Sequence record: MW269952.1 | Reading direction: 5' to 3' (one strand) | Origin: Escherichia phage P479 | Length of the DNA: 64,000 bases | Shown: positions 44,695-54,782 of the stretch, one piece after another | Numbering within the stretch: the first letter of the stretch is position 1 | How the letters are laid out: every line of letters begins with the position of its first letter | Program-made: the position numbers and the translations under genes | Notes under the pieces: model-generated | Told to the model about the DNA's origin: nothing | Database searches by the model: none | The model's input: only the letters and a program-made list of their open reading frames with translations

Positions 44695-44892
44695 ATGTTA
44701 AACCGTTGGATTAAACCAAACAAAACTTTAGACGAAGTTATTGCCCATGATGTACATTTTAAGTATGGTCTGGGTGCGTTTGATGAGGTTGTCGTACATT
44801 CATTCATGATGCACGATGATGATTCTTTAGAATTCAATATTGAAATCCGTTGTGATGATGGTAAAGTTGAATTTAAACGAGGTTTCCTATGA
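44695..44892 (+). CDS. Hypothetical protein
   Basis: 65 aa; preceded by early promoter with GAGAT/ATCTC hairpin around TATAAT. Confidence 0.4.
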   Translation: MLNRWIKPNKTLDEVIAHDVHFKYGLGAFDEVVVHSFMMHDDDSLEFNIEIRCDDGKVEFKRGFL

Positions 44893-45248
44893 TTAGTTGG
44901 CTCAAGAATTTATTCAAGACCAAAGCAGGCGAAGGTGTGGTTCCTGTTAGCCTACCAGATGTCAAGCTAAGAGAATATGTTTACATGGGCGATGGTATGA
45001 TGGAAGAAGTTCGTCGCCGACCAGAAAAAGCCGGTAATGTCGGACCAGGTGCATTGCCATTGAATTCGAAAAAGTTAAAAGAGCATCTGGATTCAAGACG
45101 TTCTACGAGTCATGTTGATACTACACCACATATCGATACTACTTCGATTGTGGTTACTGCAGCTGCAGTTAGTTCGTGGACTGGTGATTCGTCTTATTCC
45201 TCCTATGATTCAGGAAGCTGTGATTCGTCTTCCAGCTCGTGTGATTAA
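44889..45248 (+). CDS. Hypothetical protein with Ser/Cys-rich C-terminus
   Basis: 119 aa; low-complexity tail SSYSSYDSGSCDSSSSSCD and repeat HVDTTPHIDTTS. Confidence 0.4.
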   Translation: MISWLKNLFKTKAGEGVVPVSLPDVKLREYVYMGDGMMEEVRRRPEKAGNVGPGALPLNSKKLKEHLDSRRSTSHVDTTPHIDTTSIVVTAAAVSSWTGDSSYSSYDSGSCDSSSSSCD

Positions 45249-45443
45249 ATGAGAATTACAAGTTGGCTTAAAGATTGGTTGGTTACTCCAGGGATTGATG
45301 ATTCCTGGGTGGCCAGAGCCGAGGAAGAAATGCAGCGCGAAGCTGAAGAATGGGCCGCCGCAAGCGTCAAAGATATGCAGGAAAAGAAGACCGAACGAGC
45401 TGCGCTTAAACTGATGCGTGATATCTACGGAGATAAATCATGA
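45249..45443 (+). CDS. Hypothetical protein
   Basis: 64 aa. Confidence 0.35.
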   Translation: MRITSWLKDWLVTPGIDDSWVARAEEEMQREAEEWAAASVKDMQEKKTERAALKLMRDIYGDKS

Positions 45444-45585
45444 CACAAGAAGAAGCTGAACGTCAGGCAAAAGAAGCACTGGATTTGCTTTTGAAAATTG
45501 GCAGTAAAATGATGGAAGAAAATGAAAAGTACATCAAGGAAAATAAAGTTCCTGATGGTCCATTAGTTGGTAAGAGGAAAACATT

Positions 45586-46068
45586 ATGAAAGTATATGAA
45601 TTAGAATTCTATATCCGTGATTCATCCGGCCAAACACGACCTTACGATGCAACAGCCTGTCTTATCATGGTTTACAATGGCATGGATTCGGTTACTGAGT
45701 TGGAAACAAAATTAATGAACCTGACGATGCCAGAAAATGTCACGATGAAGGTATTTCATAACAAAAACGTTAATGTGGCTGAAGGGTGTCCGTTTACTGT
45801 TTCCGAAGCTCTGCATATCAAAGGCTATCGCCACCCGGACCTTTATGGCGAAGATATCATTTTCTATAAAGATAGAGATAAAATGGCCACTGAACGCCTT
45901 AAAGGTCGCACATATCTGATTTCCACTACCGACGACCTTGCTGAAGTTGAACGTCAGATTTGGAAGCACTTTGATATCGGCTTGCGCTTTACTTTAACAG
46001 AAGAAGCTATTCAAGATACTAAAATGCGTGCTCGTATGTATGGTTACGGTCCTATCGGTGGCTACTAA
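45586..46068 (+). CDS. Hypothetical protein (Mrh-like by position)
   Basis: 160 aa; between soc and the mod-like genes where T4 encodes mrh; not verified. Confidence 0.35.
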   Translation: MKVYELEFYIRDSSGQTRPYDATACLIMVYNGMDSVTELETKLMNLTMPENVTMKVFHNKNVNVAEGCPFTVSEALHIKGYRHPDLYGEDIIFYKDRDKMATERLKGRTYLISTTDDLAEVERQIWKHFDIGLRFTLTEEAIQDTKMRARMYGYGPIGGY

Positions 46069-46243
46069 TGGATTTATTTGAACTTTTTGAAGAGCCTAAA
46101 GCTCCCACAGAAGCCCGTGTGGACCTATTTGACGAACTTGATGCGATTATACAGAAGCATGGTTTTAGTCTCCCAATGGAAGTTCTACGCGACCTGGCCT
46201 CATATTACGACGACCCACCTCCATGGGCACCATGGGTGAAACG

Positions 46244-46477
46244 ATGAACTGGTTAACAAATATTCCCACATCGGCGCTGGATATCGACCGTAAACACGCT
46301 CATAAGGAAATTGAGCAACAAAAAATTAATCGCTTACAAAGGATTAAGACTGAATCCGAGACAATTAAAGTCAAACGCCCGACAGAATCGAAAAGTTCTT
46401 ACTCATCATATCAATCTCCGATTGGCATGGCCGCAGACATTGCAGTCTTTGGCGTCCCACTTGGAGTATTTAAGTAG
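46244..46477 (+). CDS. Hypothetical protein
   Basis: 77 aa from ATG 46244. Confidence 0.3.
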   Translation: MNWLTNIPTSALDIDRKHAHKEIEQQKINRLQRIKTESETIKVKRPTESKSSYSSYQSPIGMAADIAVFGVPLGVFK

Positions 46478-46533
46478 TTTACTTACTCCCCTCCTAATGA
46501 CATAATGGTCTTTCTTACAACAGAGAGGCCATT

Positions 46534-47094
46534 ATGAACATCATCAAATCTGATACCGAACCCAACCAGTTAAAATTTAGTGAAATGGAGATAGCTTCAT
46601 TATTTGAATGCCGCACATCAAAAGTCGATAAGACCTTGCATTCAAACGTTAACTCAATCATCAAGTCAAGGTTATCTGTACCTGATACAGTCTTGTATCG
46701 TGGGGTTACCCAGCAAGAGATTGATTTGTTAGATGAAGCAAAAGAATCAATGCAACCTTTTGAATTTGGAAGGATAACCTCCTTTACAGAAGACTATGGT
46801 ATTGCCAGGGATTTTGCTGCAATGGAATATGTGTCAAGGACTATCATCAGATTGAATCATACAAAAGCTTTTTGTTACCATGATGCGATGCGCAAAATCG
46901 CGCTTGATGTTCCACTGGAATTCTTCAATACAGCCTCTGGTTCCAAACAGGCAGCAACGTTAAGACGTGAAGAATACATGGACATGATTGATTCTGAGCT
47001 TGAATGGTTTGTTCCAGTTGACCAGAAATTCGTGGTGGTTGATGCTGGATTTGTTGGTGATTATTATGTTCTTGACTGTGTACAAGAGCAATAA
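46534..47094 (+). CDS. modB: Mono-ADP-ribosyltransferase, ModB-like (R-S-E class)
   Basis: 186 aa; LYRG, SFTEDYGIARDFA and ELEW fit the R, S-x-S, E-x-E triad; position matches T4 modB. Confidence 0.5.
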   Translation: MNIIKSDTEPNQLKFSEMEIASLFECRTSKVDKTLHSNVNSIIKSRLSVPDTVLYRGVTQQEIDLLDEAKESMQPFEFGRITSFTEDYGIARDFAAMEYVSRTIIRLNHTKAFCYHDAMRKIALDVPLEFFNTASGSKQAATLRREEYMDMIDSELEWFVPVDQKFVVVDAGFVGDYYVLDCVQEQ

Positions 47095-47138
47095 GACACG
47101 TTAAGATGTTCCTATCAACTACTGATGAGGATAATAAA

Positions 47139-47753
47139 ATGCTGTACGCAAGTCACCAATTAGCAGAGTACATCAATGCAGTTAAATGTGAATATTTTCG
47201 TGAAAATACCCAGATTGAAATTGATGAAATTTACTCTGAGTTGGAACAGAGTACACTCTGGCAGTGCATGGAAAATAAGCCAGACACTATCCAGGAAACT
47301 TTGAACAAAATTATTCGTAAGAATTTGACTTCTGTTGTGCCTGGTAAGTTATATCGCGGGATTTCTAAGAAAACTTTGGCATATCTTGAAACCGTAGGAT
47401 GTGTTGGTGCTACGATTGAGTTTGACCGTGTAATGAGTTTCTCCAAAGATTTCAGTGTTGCGCGTAACTTTGCTTCCTTTAGCTTCTATGGAACCAAAAA
47501 TATTTTCTGTATTAATGATGCACCATTCGCATTTGATTATCAGGAAGCGATTTTTAAAATGATTTGTGCGGCACCTCCTGAAGAGTTCAACGGACTATAT
47601 CCTGAAATAACTCGTTCTTCAAACTTGCAATTAGTAAATGATGAAGATGAGATGATGTTCCCTGCGGGAACTACGCTACGCGTGGACTCTATTGAGAGCA
47701 TTTATAGATGGGAAGACTATAAATTATGGAATCTTTCCGTTCTTTCTTACTGA
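47139..47753 (+). CDS. modA: Mono-ADP-ribosyltransferase, ModA-like (R-S-E class)
   Basis: 204 aa from ATG 47139; LYRG, SFSKDFSVARNFA and EDEMMF; paralogue of the upstream gene. Confidence 0.5.
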   Translation: MLYASHQLAEYINAVKCEYFRENTQIEIDEIYSELEQSTLWQCMENKPDTIQETLNKIIRKNLTSVVPGKLYRGISKKTLAYLETVGCVGATIEFDRVMSFSKDFSVARNFASFSFYGTKNIFCINDAPFAFDYQEAIFKMICAAPPEEFNGLYPEITRSSNLQLVNDEDEMMFPAGTTLRVDSIESIYRWEDYKLWNLSVLSY

Positions 47754-47834
47754 AGTATTCTGGGTTAACAAAAGGCCAAAGACCTTAGAACCATTATACA
47801 CAGTAAAAATAAAAGCGTTAAAGGCTAAAAAGTA

Positions 47835-47885
47835 GTGTACATAAAAGATGTATAGTGTATAATGAATCCATACTGAGTTTTCAAT
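47835..47885 (+). promoter_or_regulatory. T4-type early promoter (AAAAGTAGTGTACA family)
   Basis: TGTACA 47835-47840, 16-bp spacer, TATAAT 47857-47862, then CCATACTGAGTT. Confidence 0.55.
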
Positions 47886-47909
47886 CGTCCGTAAGATGAG
47901 AAAAATATC

Positions 47910-48653
47910 ATGAATATGTCAAAAGAAGAGTTTGAATTAAAAGTTTACAAACGTCGCGAGCATACCAAAACGTCTGCAAAACGTCGTAACAAGGATTTCA
48001 ATCTGTCTAGTAAGTATATCGCCAATCTTTTGAAACAAGAATTCTGTGCGTATTCTGGTGAACGTTTTGATGAAAATTCAACTCAAGATAAAGTTTCCTT
48101 TGAACGCTTTAACAATGATATAGGTTATATTGAAGGCAATGTTATCCCTGTCAAAACTAAGTACAACGGTTTACGTGCTGATTTATCTCTTGATGAACTT
48201 AAACGTGCGCAGACTCGTTTGGCGGTGCGTATTAATGGCGGTTCTAAGATGCCCAATAGTTTTAAAGTAACTCCTGCTGACTATTATAAAATTCGCAAAA
48301 TTGTTAAAAATATTAAAGATACCGAACGTGGAATCAAGAAACGTCAAAAACATTTAAAAGAGCTTTATAAAAGTGGCGCTAAAGATACCACCCCTTCTGT
48401 GATTGCAGTCAAGGCTCGTATCCATGGACAAATGGCTTCCATCGGAACTAGTCAACGTGGGCTGAAAATGGTTATGGGTGGTCCTGACTGGCGTCTGAAA
48501 ATGAAATCATCTGACGCTGAAACGCGTTACGATATGTATGATAAAATTATTCAAGGTCTGGAGCGTTTAGATAAGTTGTCATTCATTGACCGCCTTAAAC
48601 TGAAACGTGGTCTACCTTTGAACGCGTCAATTTTTAAACTGATTAGAGGTTAA
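47910..48653 (+). CDS. Hypothetical basic protein (Srd-like by position)
   Basis: 247 aa; Lys/Arg-rich; between the mod-like genes and dda where T4 has srd; not verified. Confidence 0.35.
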   Translation: MNMSKEEFELKVYKRREHTKTSAKRRNKDFNLSSKYIANLLKQEFCAYSGERFDENSTQDKVSFERFNNDIGYIEGNVIPVKTKYNGLRADLSLDELKRAQTRLAVRINGGSKMPNSFKVTPADYYKIRKIVKNIKDTERGIKKRQKHLKELYKSGAKDTTPSVIAVKARIHGQMASIGTSQRGLKMVMGGPDWRLKMKSSDAETRYDMYDKIIQGLERLDKLSFIDRLKLKRGLPLNASIFKLIRG

Positions 48654-48654
48654 T

Positions 48655-48954
48655 GTGATGTACTACGCATATGTGCTGGTTCACAAAGATAAAGATGGTT
48701 TTGAACGCCCATTGGAGTATGATGGAAAGGTTACCTTATACACCACAAAAGCGGGCGCAGAATATGAACTTGCCAACTATTCATATACTACAAACCGCTA
48801 TTTACGCATGGGACGTATTGAAACACGGTATACTCCCAGAAAATGGTGGTTTGATAAGCGGGAAACAAAAACTGTTTTTCCTACTGAAGAACACGCACGA
48901 GAATTGAAATTAGTTTTAGATACTTTATATGTTAAGCGAGTAAAATTGGCATGA
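48655..48954 (+). CDS. Hypothetical protein (dda.1 position)
   Basis: 99 aa. Confidence 0.4.
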   Translation: MMYYAYVLVHKDKDGFERPLEYDGKVTLYTTKAGAEYELANYSYTTNRYLRMGRIETRYTPRKWWFDKRETKTVFPTEEHARELKLVLDTLYVKRVKLA

Positions 48955-50279
48955 TTAAATTTGAAGACTTGAACACAGGACAAAAAGAAGCTTTTGATTA
49001 TATCACTGAAGCTATTCAGCGACGTTCAGGGGAATGTATCACTCTGAATGGTCCAGCTGGTACAGGTAAAACTACTCTGACAAAATTTGTCATTGACCAT
49101 TTAGTGCGTAATGGAGTTATGGGAATTGTGCTTGCTGCACCAACTCACCAGGCGAAAAAAGTTTTATCTAAATTGTCTGGTCAAACAGCGAATACAATCC
49201 ATAGTATCTTGAAGATTAACCCGACCACATATGAAGACCAAAACGTTTTTGAACAGCGCGAAATGCCTGATATGTCAAAATGTAATGTTCTGGTTTGTGA
49301 TGAAGCGAGTATGTATGACGGGTCTCTGTTTAAGATTATTCTTAACTCTGTTCCTGAATGGTGTACTATTCTTGGGATTGGTGATATGCACCAGCTGCAG
49401 CCAGTTGACCCAGGAAGCACACAACAAAAGATAAGCCCATTCTTTACGCATCCTAAGTTCAAACAGATTCATCTGACTGAGGTCATGCGAAGCAATGCTC
49501 CTATCATTGAAGTGGCGACAGAAATTCGTAATGGTGGCTGGTTCCGTGATTGTATGTATGAAGGTCATGGCGTACAGGGGTTTACCTCACAAACCGCTTT
49601 AAAGGATTTCATGATAAACTATTTCGGTATTGTAAAAGATGCTGATATGTTGATGGAAAACCGGATGTATGCTTACACGAATAAATCAGTTGAAAAACTG
49701 AACAATATTATTCGTCGCAAGCTCTATGAAACGGATAAAGCATTTTTACCGTATGAAGTCCTGGTTATGCAAGAGCCGCACATGAAAGAGCTGGAATTTG
49801 AAGGCAAGAAATTCAGCGAAACCATTTTTAATAATGGTCAGTTGGTTCGCATCAAGGATTGCAAATACACTTCCACCATTCTCCGTTGTAAAGGGGAATC
49901 ACACCAGTTAGTGATTAATTACTGGGACCTGGAAGTTGAGTCAATTGATGAAGATGAAGAATATCAGGTTGACCGCATCAAAGTTTTACCAGAAGACCAG
50001 CAACCAAAATTCCAGGCATATCTGGCTAAAGTTGCTGACACATACAAACAGATGAAAGCCGCTGGTAAACGTCCAGAGTGGAAAGACTTCTGGAAAGCTC
50101 GCCGGACCTTCTTGAAAGTTCGTGCTCTTCCGGTCAGTACAATCCACAAGGCCCAGGGCGTTTCAGTGGACAAAGCATTCATCTATACTCCATGCATCCA
50201 TATGGCCGAAGCTTCATTAGCGAGCCAGTTGGCTTATGTTGGAATCACACGAGCGAGGTACGACGCATATTATGTATAA
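48951..50279 (+). CDS. dda: DNA helicase Dda (SF1B)
   Basis: 442 aa; Walker A GPAGTGKTTL, ILAAPTH.AKK.LSKL and FHKAQG..VD.AFIYTPCIH match T4 Dda. Confidence 0.95.
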   Translation: MIKFEDLNTGQKEAFDYITEAIQRRSGECITLNGPAGTGKTTLTKFVIDHLVRNGVMGIVLAAPTHQAKKVLSKLSGQTANTIHSILKINPTTYEDQNVFEQREMPDMSKCNVLVCDEASMYDGSLFKIILNSVPEWCTILGIGDMHQLQPVDPGSTQQKISPFFTHPKFKQIHLTEVMRSNAPIIEVATEIRNGGWFRDCMYEGHGVQGFTSQTALKDFMINYFGIVKDADMLMENRMYAYTNKSVEKLNNIIRRKLYETDKAFLPYEVLVMQEPHMKELEFEGKKFSETIFNNGQLVRIKDCKYTSTILRCKGESHQLVINYWDLEVESIDEDEEYQVDRIKVLPEDQQPKFQAYLAKVADTYKQMKAAGKRPEWKDFWKARRTFLKVRALPVSTIHKAQGVSVDKAFIYTPCIHMAEASLASQLAYVGITRARYDAYYV

Positions 50280-50511
50280 GGTACATAAAGAAGATTTAGA
50301 TAATCTTATCTATGGTATTCAGGACGCGGTTGAATTTTTCGAAGATAATCCGACTATCGTCGTGCAGGGTAATTACGTTTTACTGGAACTGAATCTTATT
50401 CGGAAACGTATGGCCGCGATTGAATATTTTAACAATGAAGAGCCAGGGATTTTTATCTCCGACTATGTTGCTGGCGAAATTCAGAAATTAAAAGAGATGT
50501 GCGATGATTGA
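50272..50511 (+). CDS. Hypothetical protein
   Basis: 79 aa from ATG 50272. Confidence 0.35.
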   Translation: MYKVHKEDLDNLIYGIQDAVEFFEDNPTIVVQGNYVLLELNLIRKRMAAIEYFNNEEPGIFISDYVAGEIQKLKEMCDD

Positions 50512-51187
50512 TGCTATTATTGACTTTGAAACTCTGGGAAACGGCTCGAAGGGAGCCGTTATTGACCTGGCTCTGATTACATTCGAATCTGACCCTGCTA
50601 TTGTAGAATCATTCGAAACTCTGGTTAATCGCGGCAAACGCATTAAGTTCAGCCTTGAATATCAAAAAGGTAAGCGGCTGTTCGACACAACAACTATGGG
50701 TTGGTGGAAAAAGCAATCAGCCGAAGCACGTGTTAACCTGGTCCCTTCTGCGCAAGATGTTGATACTTTAACTGGTATCCAACAGGCGATTGACTATCTG
50801 AATGGTAATGGAATTAACAAATATGAAAGCCTTATGTGGTGTCGTGGAATGTCTTTTGACTTCCCGTTATTTGTTGACCTTATCCGTGACCTGCAGCGCA
50901 ATGAGGGCATTCCCGAGCGTGAATTGAATACCTATAACCTGGAGCCGGTTGTATTCTGGAACCAGCGAGATATCAGAACCGCAATCGAAGCCCTGTCACT
51001 CGTCCGTAAAATGTGTGAAACTCCATTACCAAAGGGGACTTTAGATGGATTCGTGGCACACGATTCGGTGCATGACTGCGCGAAAGATATTTTGATGTTG
51101 AAGTATGCCCAGCGCTATGCTCTTGGTTTAGATGAAGTTCCTTCCGAAGAAGATGCAGACCCATTATCTTTGCCGAAAAAACGATAA
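50504..51187 (+). CDS. dexA: Exonuclease A (DEDDh 3'-5' exonuclease)
   Basis: 227 aa; IIDFET.G.G.K.AVIDLA, WCRGMSFDFP and GFVAHDS.HDCAKDI match T4 DexA. Confidence 0.9.
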   Translation: MIDAIIDFETLGNGSKGAVIDLALITFESDPAIVESFETLVNRGKRIKFSLEYQKGKRLFDTTTMGWWKKQSAEARVNLVPSAQDVDTLTGIQQAIDYLNGNGINKYESLMWCRGMSFDFPLFVDLIRDLQRNEGIPERELNTYNLEPVVFWNQRDIRTAIEALSLVRKMCETPLPKGTLDGFVAHDSVHDCAKDILMLKYAQRYALGLDEVPSEEDADPLSLPKKR

Positions 51188-51194
51188 AAAGTAG

Positions 51195-51250
51195 TGTACA
51201 AGGCCAATGGAAAGAGACATAATCATCTCATCAACTACTGATGAGGATAA
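51195..51250 (+). promoter_or_regulatory. T4-type early promoter (PeSL)
   Basis: TGTACA 51195-51200, 17-bp spacer, CATAAT 51218-51223 within GAGA/TCTC hairpin, leader CATCAACTACTGATGAGGATAA. Confidence 0.6.
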
Positions 51251-51254
51251 CAAA

Positions 51255-51512
51255 ATGATTACTTCTTTTGAAATTGGCCAACAATATGAAATGTCTGCTC
51301 TTCAAGCTGCTGAAGCAGGTCTGACTAAAGCGTTTGAATGCGCATTTACAAATATTCGTGGTAAAATCTTTACTGTCAATAAAATTGCGGTATATGATAA
51401 AGAAACAGACATGAACAAAGGCATCTACCTGAACGTGTCAAATGCAAAAGGTCGTCGTGAAATTATGGTTGTACAACCTAATCAACTGGCGATGTTCAAT
51501 AAGGTTGCATAA
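51255..51512 (+). CDS. Hypothetical protein
   Basis: 85 aa from ATG 51255. Confidence 0.4.
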   Translation: MITSFEIGQQYEMSALQAAEAGLTKAFECAFTNIRGKIFTVNKIAVYDKETDMNKGIYLNVSNAKGRREIMVVQPNQLAMFNKVA

Positions 51513-52267
51513 TGAAACCAGAATTTATTGACTTTGATGTTGTAAGTATGTATGTTCGCCCAATTAAACCATTAAAACTTGAGAAACAAAATATGACTAT
51601 TGAAATTAACAAAACTTATCAACTGATTGAACCTATTATTCAAAACGCAGCTATGGTTTCTGGGTATAATACTCTGGCTGATGCTTTAGGTGAAGGTGAA
51701 TTTATTGTTGAAACTTTTGTAAAAAGTAACTGGTTTGATAAAGCATATATTCTGCATGCACGTCGCCTTGATACAAATGAAGTAGAAAAAATTATGGTTT
51801 ATGAAGCTGAGATTGAACTCTTCAAAGAAGTTGAAGAAACTCCTATCAAAGTTGGTAAAACCTACCAGCTTATTGAAGATGATAGTCAATTTGGAAAGAC
51901 TGTCGCAATGCATGCTGGTTGGCGGGTACTGAAAGGTATTTTTGGATTTACTCCATTTACCGTTAAAACAGTTAAGTACCACAATCACCAAAGCATCTTT
52001 GAATTTACTGCAGTCAATGAATCAGGTGACAATCTTGAAGCTATCCTTTATCCGCGTGAATCTGTACTGCTGGAAGAAGTTAGCGAACTGGGCGACCCTA
52101 TTGACTTGCTATGTAAACCAGTTCAAATCAAACGCCCATTTAACAGTTCCATTTGTGGTTGGGTAACAGACCAGTGGATTGAAGATGGTGTTGAACTCCT
52201 GAACGTTGTCCATGCTGGTGAATTTACTGTTGTACCACGTTCCATGGTTGTTGAAATTTTTAATTAA
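51512..52267 (+). CDS. Hypothetical protein with repeated domain
   Basis: 251 aa; C-terminus (ICGWVTDQWIEDGVELLNVVHAGEFTVVPRSMVVE) paralogous to the C-terminus of ORF 52347-52838. Confidence 0.45.
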   Translation: MKPEFIDFDVVSMYVRPIKPLKLEKQNMTIEINKTYQLIEPIIQNAAMVSGYNTLADALGEGEFIVETFVKSNWFDKAYILHARRLDTNEVEKIMVYEAEIELFKEVEETPIKVGKTYQLIEDDSQFGKTVAMHAGWRVLKGIFGFTPFTVKTVKYHNHQSIFEFTAVNESGDNLEAILYPRESVLLEEVSELGDPIDLLCKPVQIKRPFNSSICGWVTDQWIEDGVELLNVVHAGEFTVVPRSMVVEIFN

Positions 52268-52273
52268 ATTTAA

Positions 52274-52317
52274 AGTGTACAAACTCATGGGGTCAGAGTA
52301 TAATGACCCCACTGGAG
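52274..52317 (+). promoter_or_regulatory. Early promoter cassette with -10 in hairpin loop (PeSL), copy at 63304-63347
   Basis: AGTGTACAAACTCaTGGGGTCAGAGTATAATGACCCCACTGGAG; GGGGTCA/TGACCCC stem around TATAAT. Confidence 0.65.
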
Positions 52318-52346
52318 AATAAACTTATTAATCAAGAGAGAAAATT

Positions 52347-52838
52347 ATGAAAGTTGAAGAAGGTGATATTGTACGTGTTTCTAAAGAATCTCGTTCTAAA
52401 GCTGCTGGTCGTTTTGTTGAGGTTGTGAGTCTTCGCACTAATTTAGTAGGTGGAATTAAAGAAGTTAAAGTGCGTATTATTCCTAAACATGGTCATGCTG
52501 AAACTCAATTGGCTTATGTACATCCTAAATTCCTGGAATCAACTGAATTTACTGGATACATCGCTCCAGTAGTTGAAGAAGTTGAAACCATCGACCAGTC
52601 TCATGTTGGGGTTGATTTTAAATGGAAATTAGGTAAAGGTGTCTTTTTCGTTTCACCTAAACCGTTTGAATACAATTGCATGTACGGTCCGACTTATGAA
52701 ACCACTAGTATGTCCGGTTACATCACCGACCAGTGGGTTGAAGAAGGTGTTAAGCTGTATAATATCGTGTTCCTTGGAACCTTTAAAGTAGTTCCTGAGA
52801 GCTTTATCGTTGAGTATGCCGATATTCATTTTGCCTAA
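52347..52838 (+). CDS. Hypothetical protein (MotB-like by size and position)
   Basis: 163 aa; C-terminal domain shared with ORF 51512-52267; T4 has 162-aa motB near dexA; not verified. Confidence 0.35.
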   Translation: MKVEEGDIVRVSKESRSKAAGRFVEVVSLRTNLVGGIKEVKVRIIPKHGHAETQLAYVHPKFLESTEFTGYIAPVVEEVETIDQSHVGVDFKWKLGKGVFFVSPKPFEYNCMYGPTYETTSMSGYITDQWVEEGVKLYNIVFLGTFKVVPESFIVEYADIHFA

Positions 52839-52884
52839 ATTATAAAATAATGATAGGGTTTGCCCTATCATTGAGGAGAATATT

Positions 52885-53109
52885 ATGTTTAATGAAGATT
52901 GTGTGACCACTTCCCTGACCGCTGAAGAGTTTTGGGAAACCGCTGAAAGTGATAAAGTGATTGTGAAGAAAAACATCAATGAATTTCTTTGTACCACTGA
53001 TATCATTTATGTGTATGCGTATGAAGGTGCGGAATTACCTAGCTATGCATTGTTCCGCGAAGAATCAGAAGATGGTACAGATTTCTGGAAGGAGACTTAT
53101 AATGTCTAA
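52885..53109 (+). CDS. Hypothetical acidic protein
   Basis: 74 aa; GAGGAG Shine-Dalgarno. Confidence 0.4.
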   Translation: MFNEDCVTTSLTAEEFWETAESDKVIVKKNINEFLCTTDIIYVYAYEGAELPSYALFREESEDGTDFWKETYNV

Positions 53110-53473
53110 ATTTGAAACTGACAAGTGGTATTATTTTAAAGATAATGTTGCTGAAAGCAGATTCCGTTTGTTATGCACAGATAATGATAATATAGCTGAT
53201 GCTATAATCAATGGCGAGGGATTTAGACCAGTCAGAATTGAAGGCGGTGATGTGTATAAAATGGAATTATCAACTGGTGAATTTGTGAGCCTATTCATAA
53301 AGGAAGATGAATTCCGTTTCTTTGAAGAAGAAAAAGATGGCGATACTGAAGATGAATGCGAAGACGCAGCTCCATCTGAGCCAAGCGAATTCCCTTTGAC
53401 TAAAATCACCATTTCTAATAACTCTGAAGCCTGGACCGTTTACCAGATGTTGAAAGCACACTTTAAGGAATAA
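53102..53473 (+). CDS. Hypothetical acidic protein
   Basis: 123 aa from ATG 53102 overlapping upstream stop. Confidence 0.4.
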   Translation: MSKFETDKWYYFKDNVAESRFRLLCTDNDNIADAIINGEGFRPVRIEGGDVYKMELSTGEFVSLFIKEDEFRFFEEEKDGDTEDECEDAAPSEPSEFPLTKITISNNSEAWTVYQMLKAHFKE

Positions 53474-53475
53474 CA

Positions 53476-53652
53476 TGCCACTTTATGACTATAAATGCCA
53501 ATCCAATGACTGCGCGAAAGAATACGAAAAAATCAAGAAAATCTCTGAAAGAGATAATGATGTTTGCCCTGATTGCCATCGGCTGGCTGTTCGGTTAGTC
53601 TCGGCTCCTAAACATGTTAATGGTGGTTTTTACGACCTGCTGACTAAGTGAG
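53476..53652 (+). CDS. FmdB-type zinc-ribbon protein
   Basis: 58 aa, below ORF-track cutoff; MPLYDYKCQSNDC...CPDCH is the FmdB-family CxxC...CxxC ribbon. Confidence 0.45.
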
Positions 53653-53657
53653 AAATT

Positions 53658-53918
53658 ATGAAGTACATTAATCGTTCTATTGCAGCGCTGGTTCTGGCAG
53701 TTTCATTGGCTGGCTGTACTGATACAGATAATGCTATTCGTGTGTTAGATGCAAACGGCTATGAACAAATCCAAATCACCGGATATAACTGGTTCTCTTG
53801 CGGTAAAGATGATTTCCAACATACAGGCTTTACGGCCGTGGGTCCAACTGGTAAGAAAGTTGAAGGAACTGTTTGTTCTGGTTTGCTATTCAAGAACAGT
53901 ACCATCCGATTTGAATAA
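53658..53918 (+). CDS. Predicted lipoprotein
   Basis: 86 aa; signal peptide with lipobox SLAGC. Confidence 0.5.
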   Translation: MKYINRSIAALVLAVSLAGCTDTDNAIRVLDANGYEQIQITGYNWFSCGKDDFQHTGFTAVGPTGKKVEGTVCSGLLFKNSTIRFE

Positions 53919-53937
53919 GGCCTTCGGGCCTTTTTGC
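53917..53937 (+). terminator. Rho-independent terminator (UUCG tetraloop)
   Basis: AAGGCC-TTCG-GGCCTT followed by TTTTG. Confidence 0.7.
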
Positions 53938-53981
53938 TTTAAAATATGTGACTTATAATACCTCCATACACAAGAGGAAAG

Positions 53982-54782
53982 ATGATGATTAATGAAGTAT
54001 TCGGGATAATAAAAAATAAATTTCCTGATTATATTCCACCATCGAGTGGAAATAGTGGGATTTATATAATTTATAATTTAATATCTCAAAAATATTATAT
54101 AGGAAGTTCAAATGATTTTCATCGTAGAATTGCCACGCATTTTCGGAATTTATCCAAAGGTGTTGGCATAAACAGCCATTTACAGTTTGCATATGACAAA
54201 TACGGTAAAGAATCATTTGTATGCGAACTAATAGAAAATATAGAAGTTTATAATAAAAAATATTTCTTGAAAAGAGAAAGTTTCTGGATAACTGAATTAA
54301 ATTCTATCAAAAACGGTTATAATATAACGTTGGCGGATTTTGGTGGTGACACAATGTCCAATCATCCAAGAAAAGCGGAAATTAATTTACTTAAAGGCGA
54401 AGCCGTTAAAAAACGGAATAAACTGTTAGATAAAACCGAATATAATAGAATATATGGAACTGGTGTTAAAAGAAAGCCATACCCCGATGATTTTGGTTAT
54501 AATGTCTCCCTGCGTAAAGCAGGCGAAAATCATCATTTCTTTGGCAAACATCTTTCTCTTGAACACAAAGATAAATTATCAAAATTATTCTCTGGTGGTA
54601 AAAATCCCGAGGCTAAAACGTACTCTATAAATGGGGTCATATTCACAACCCGAAAAGAAGCCGCCGAAGTTCTTGGTATTAGTTATCCTACATTACGAAA
54701 ACGCTGCAAATCCGATGATGTAAAATGGTCCAGTTGGAAATGTTTAGGTTATACTAAAAATTTAGAGGTCAAAAATGATTAA
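53982..54782 (+). CDS. GIY-YIG homing endonuclease (Seg-like)
   Basis: 266 aa; GIYIIYN...YYIGSS GIY-YIG motif, catalytic R/E/N spacing like I-TevI; AT-rich coding; immediately upstream of gene 39. Confidence 0.75.
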   Translation: MMINEVFGIIKNKFPDYIPPSSGNSGIYIIYNLISQKYYIGSSNDFHRRIATHFRNLSKGVGINSHLQFAYDKYGKESFVCELIENIEVYNKKYFLKRESFWITELNSIKNGYNITLADFGGDTMSNHPRKAEINLLKGEAVKKRNKLLDKTEYNRIYGTGVKRKPYPDDFGYNVSLRKAGENHHFFGKHLSLEHKDKLSKLFSGGKNPEAKTYSINGVIFTTRKEAAEVLGISYPTLRKRCKSDDVKWSSWKCLGYTKNLEVKND

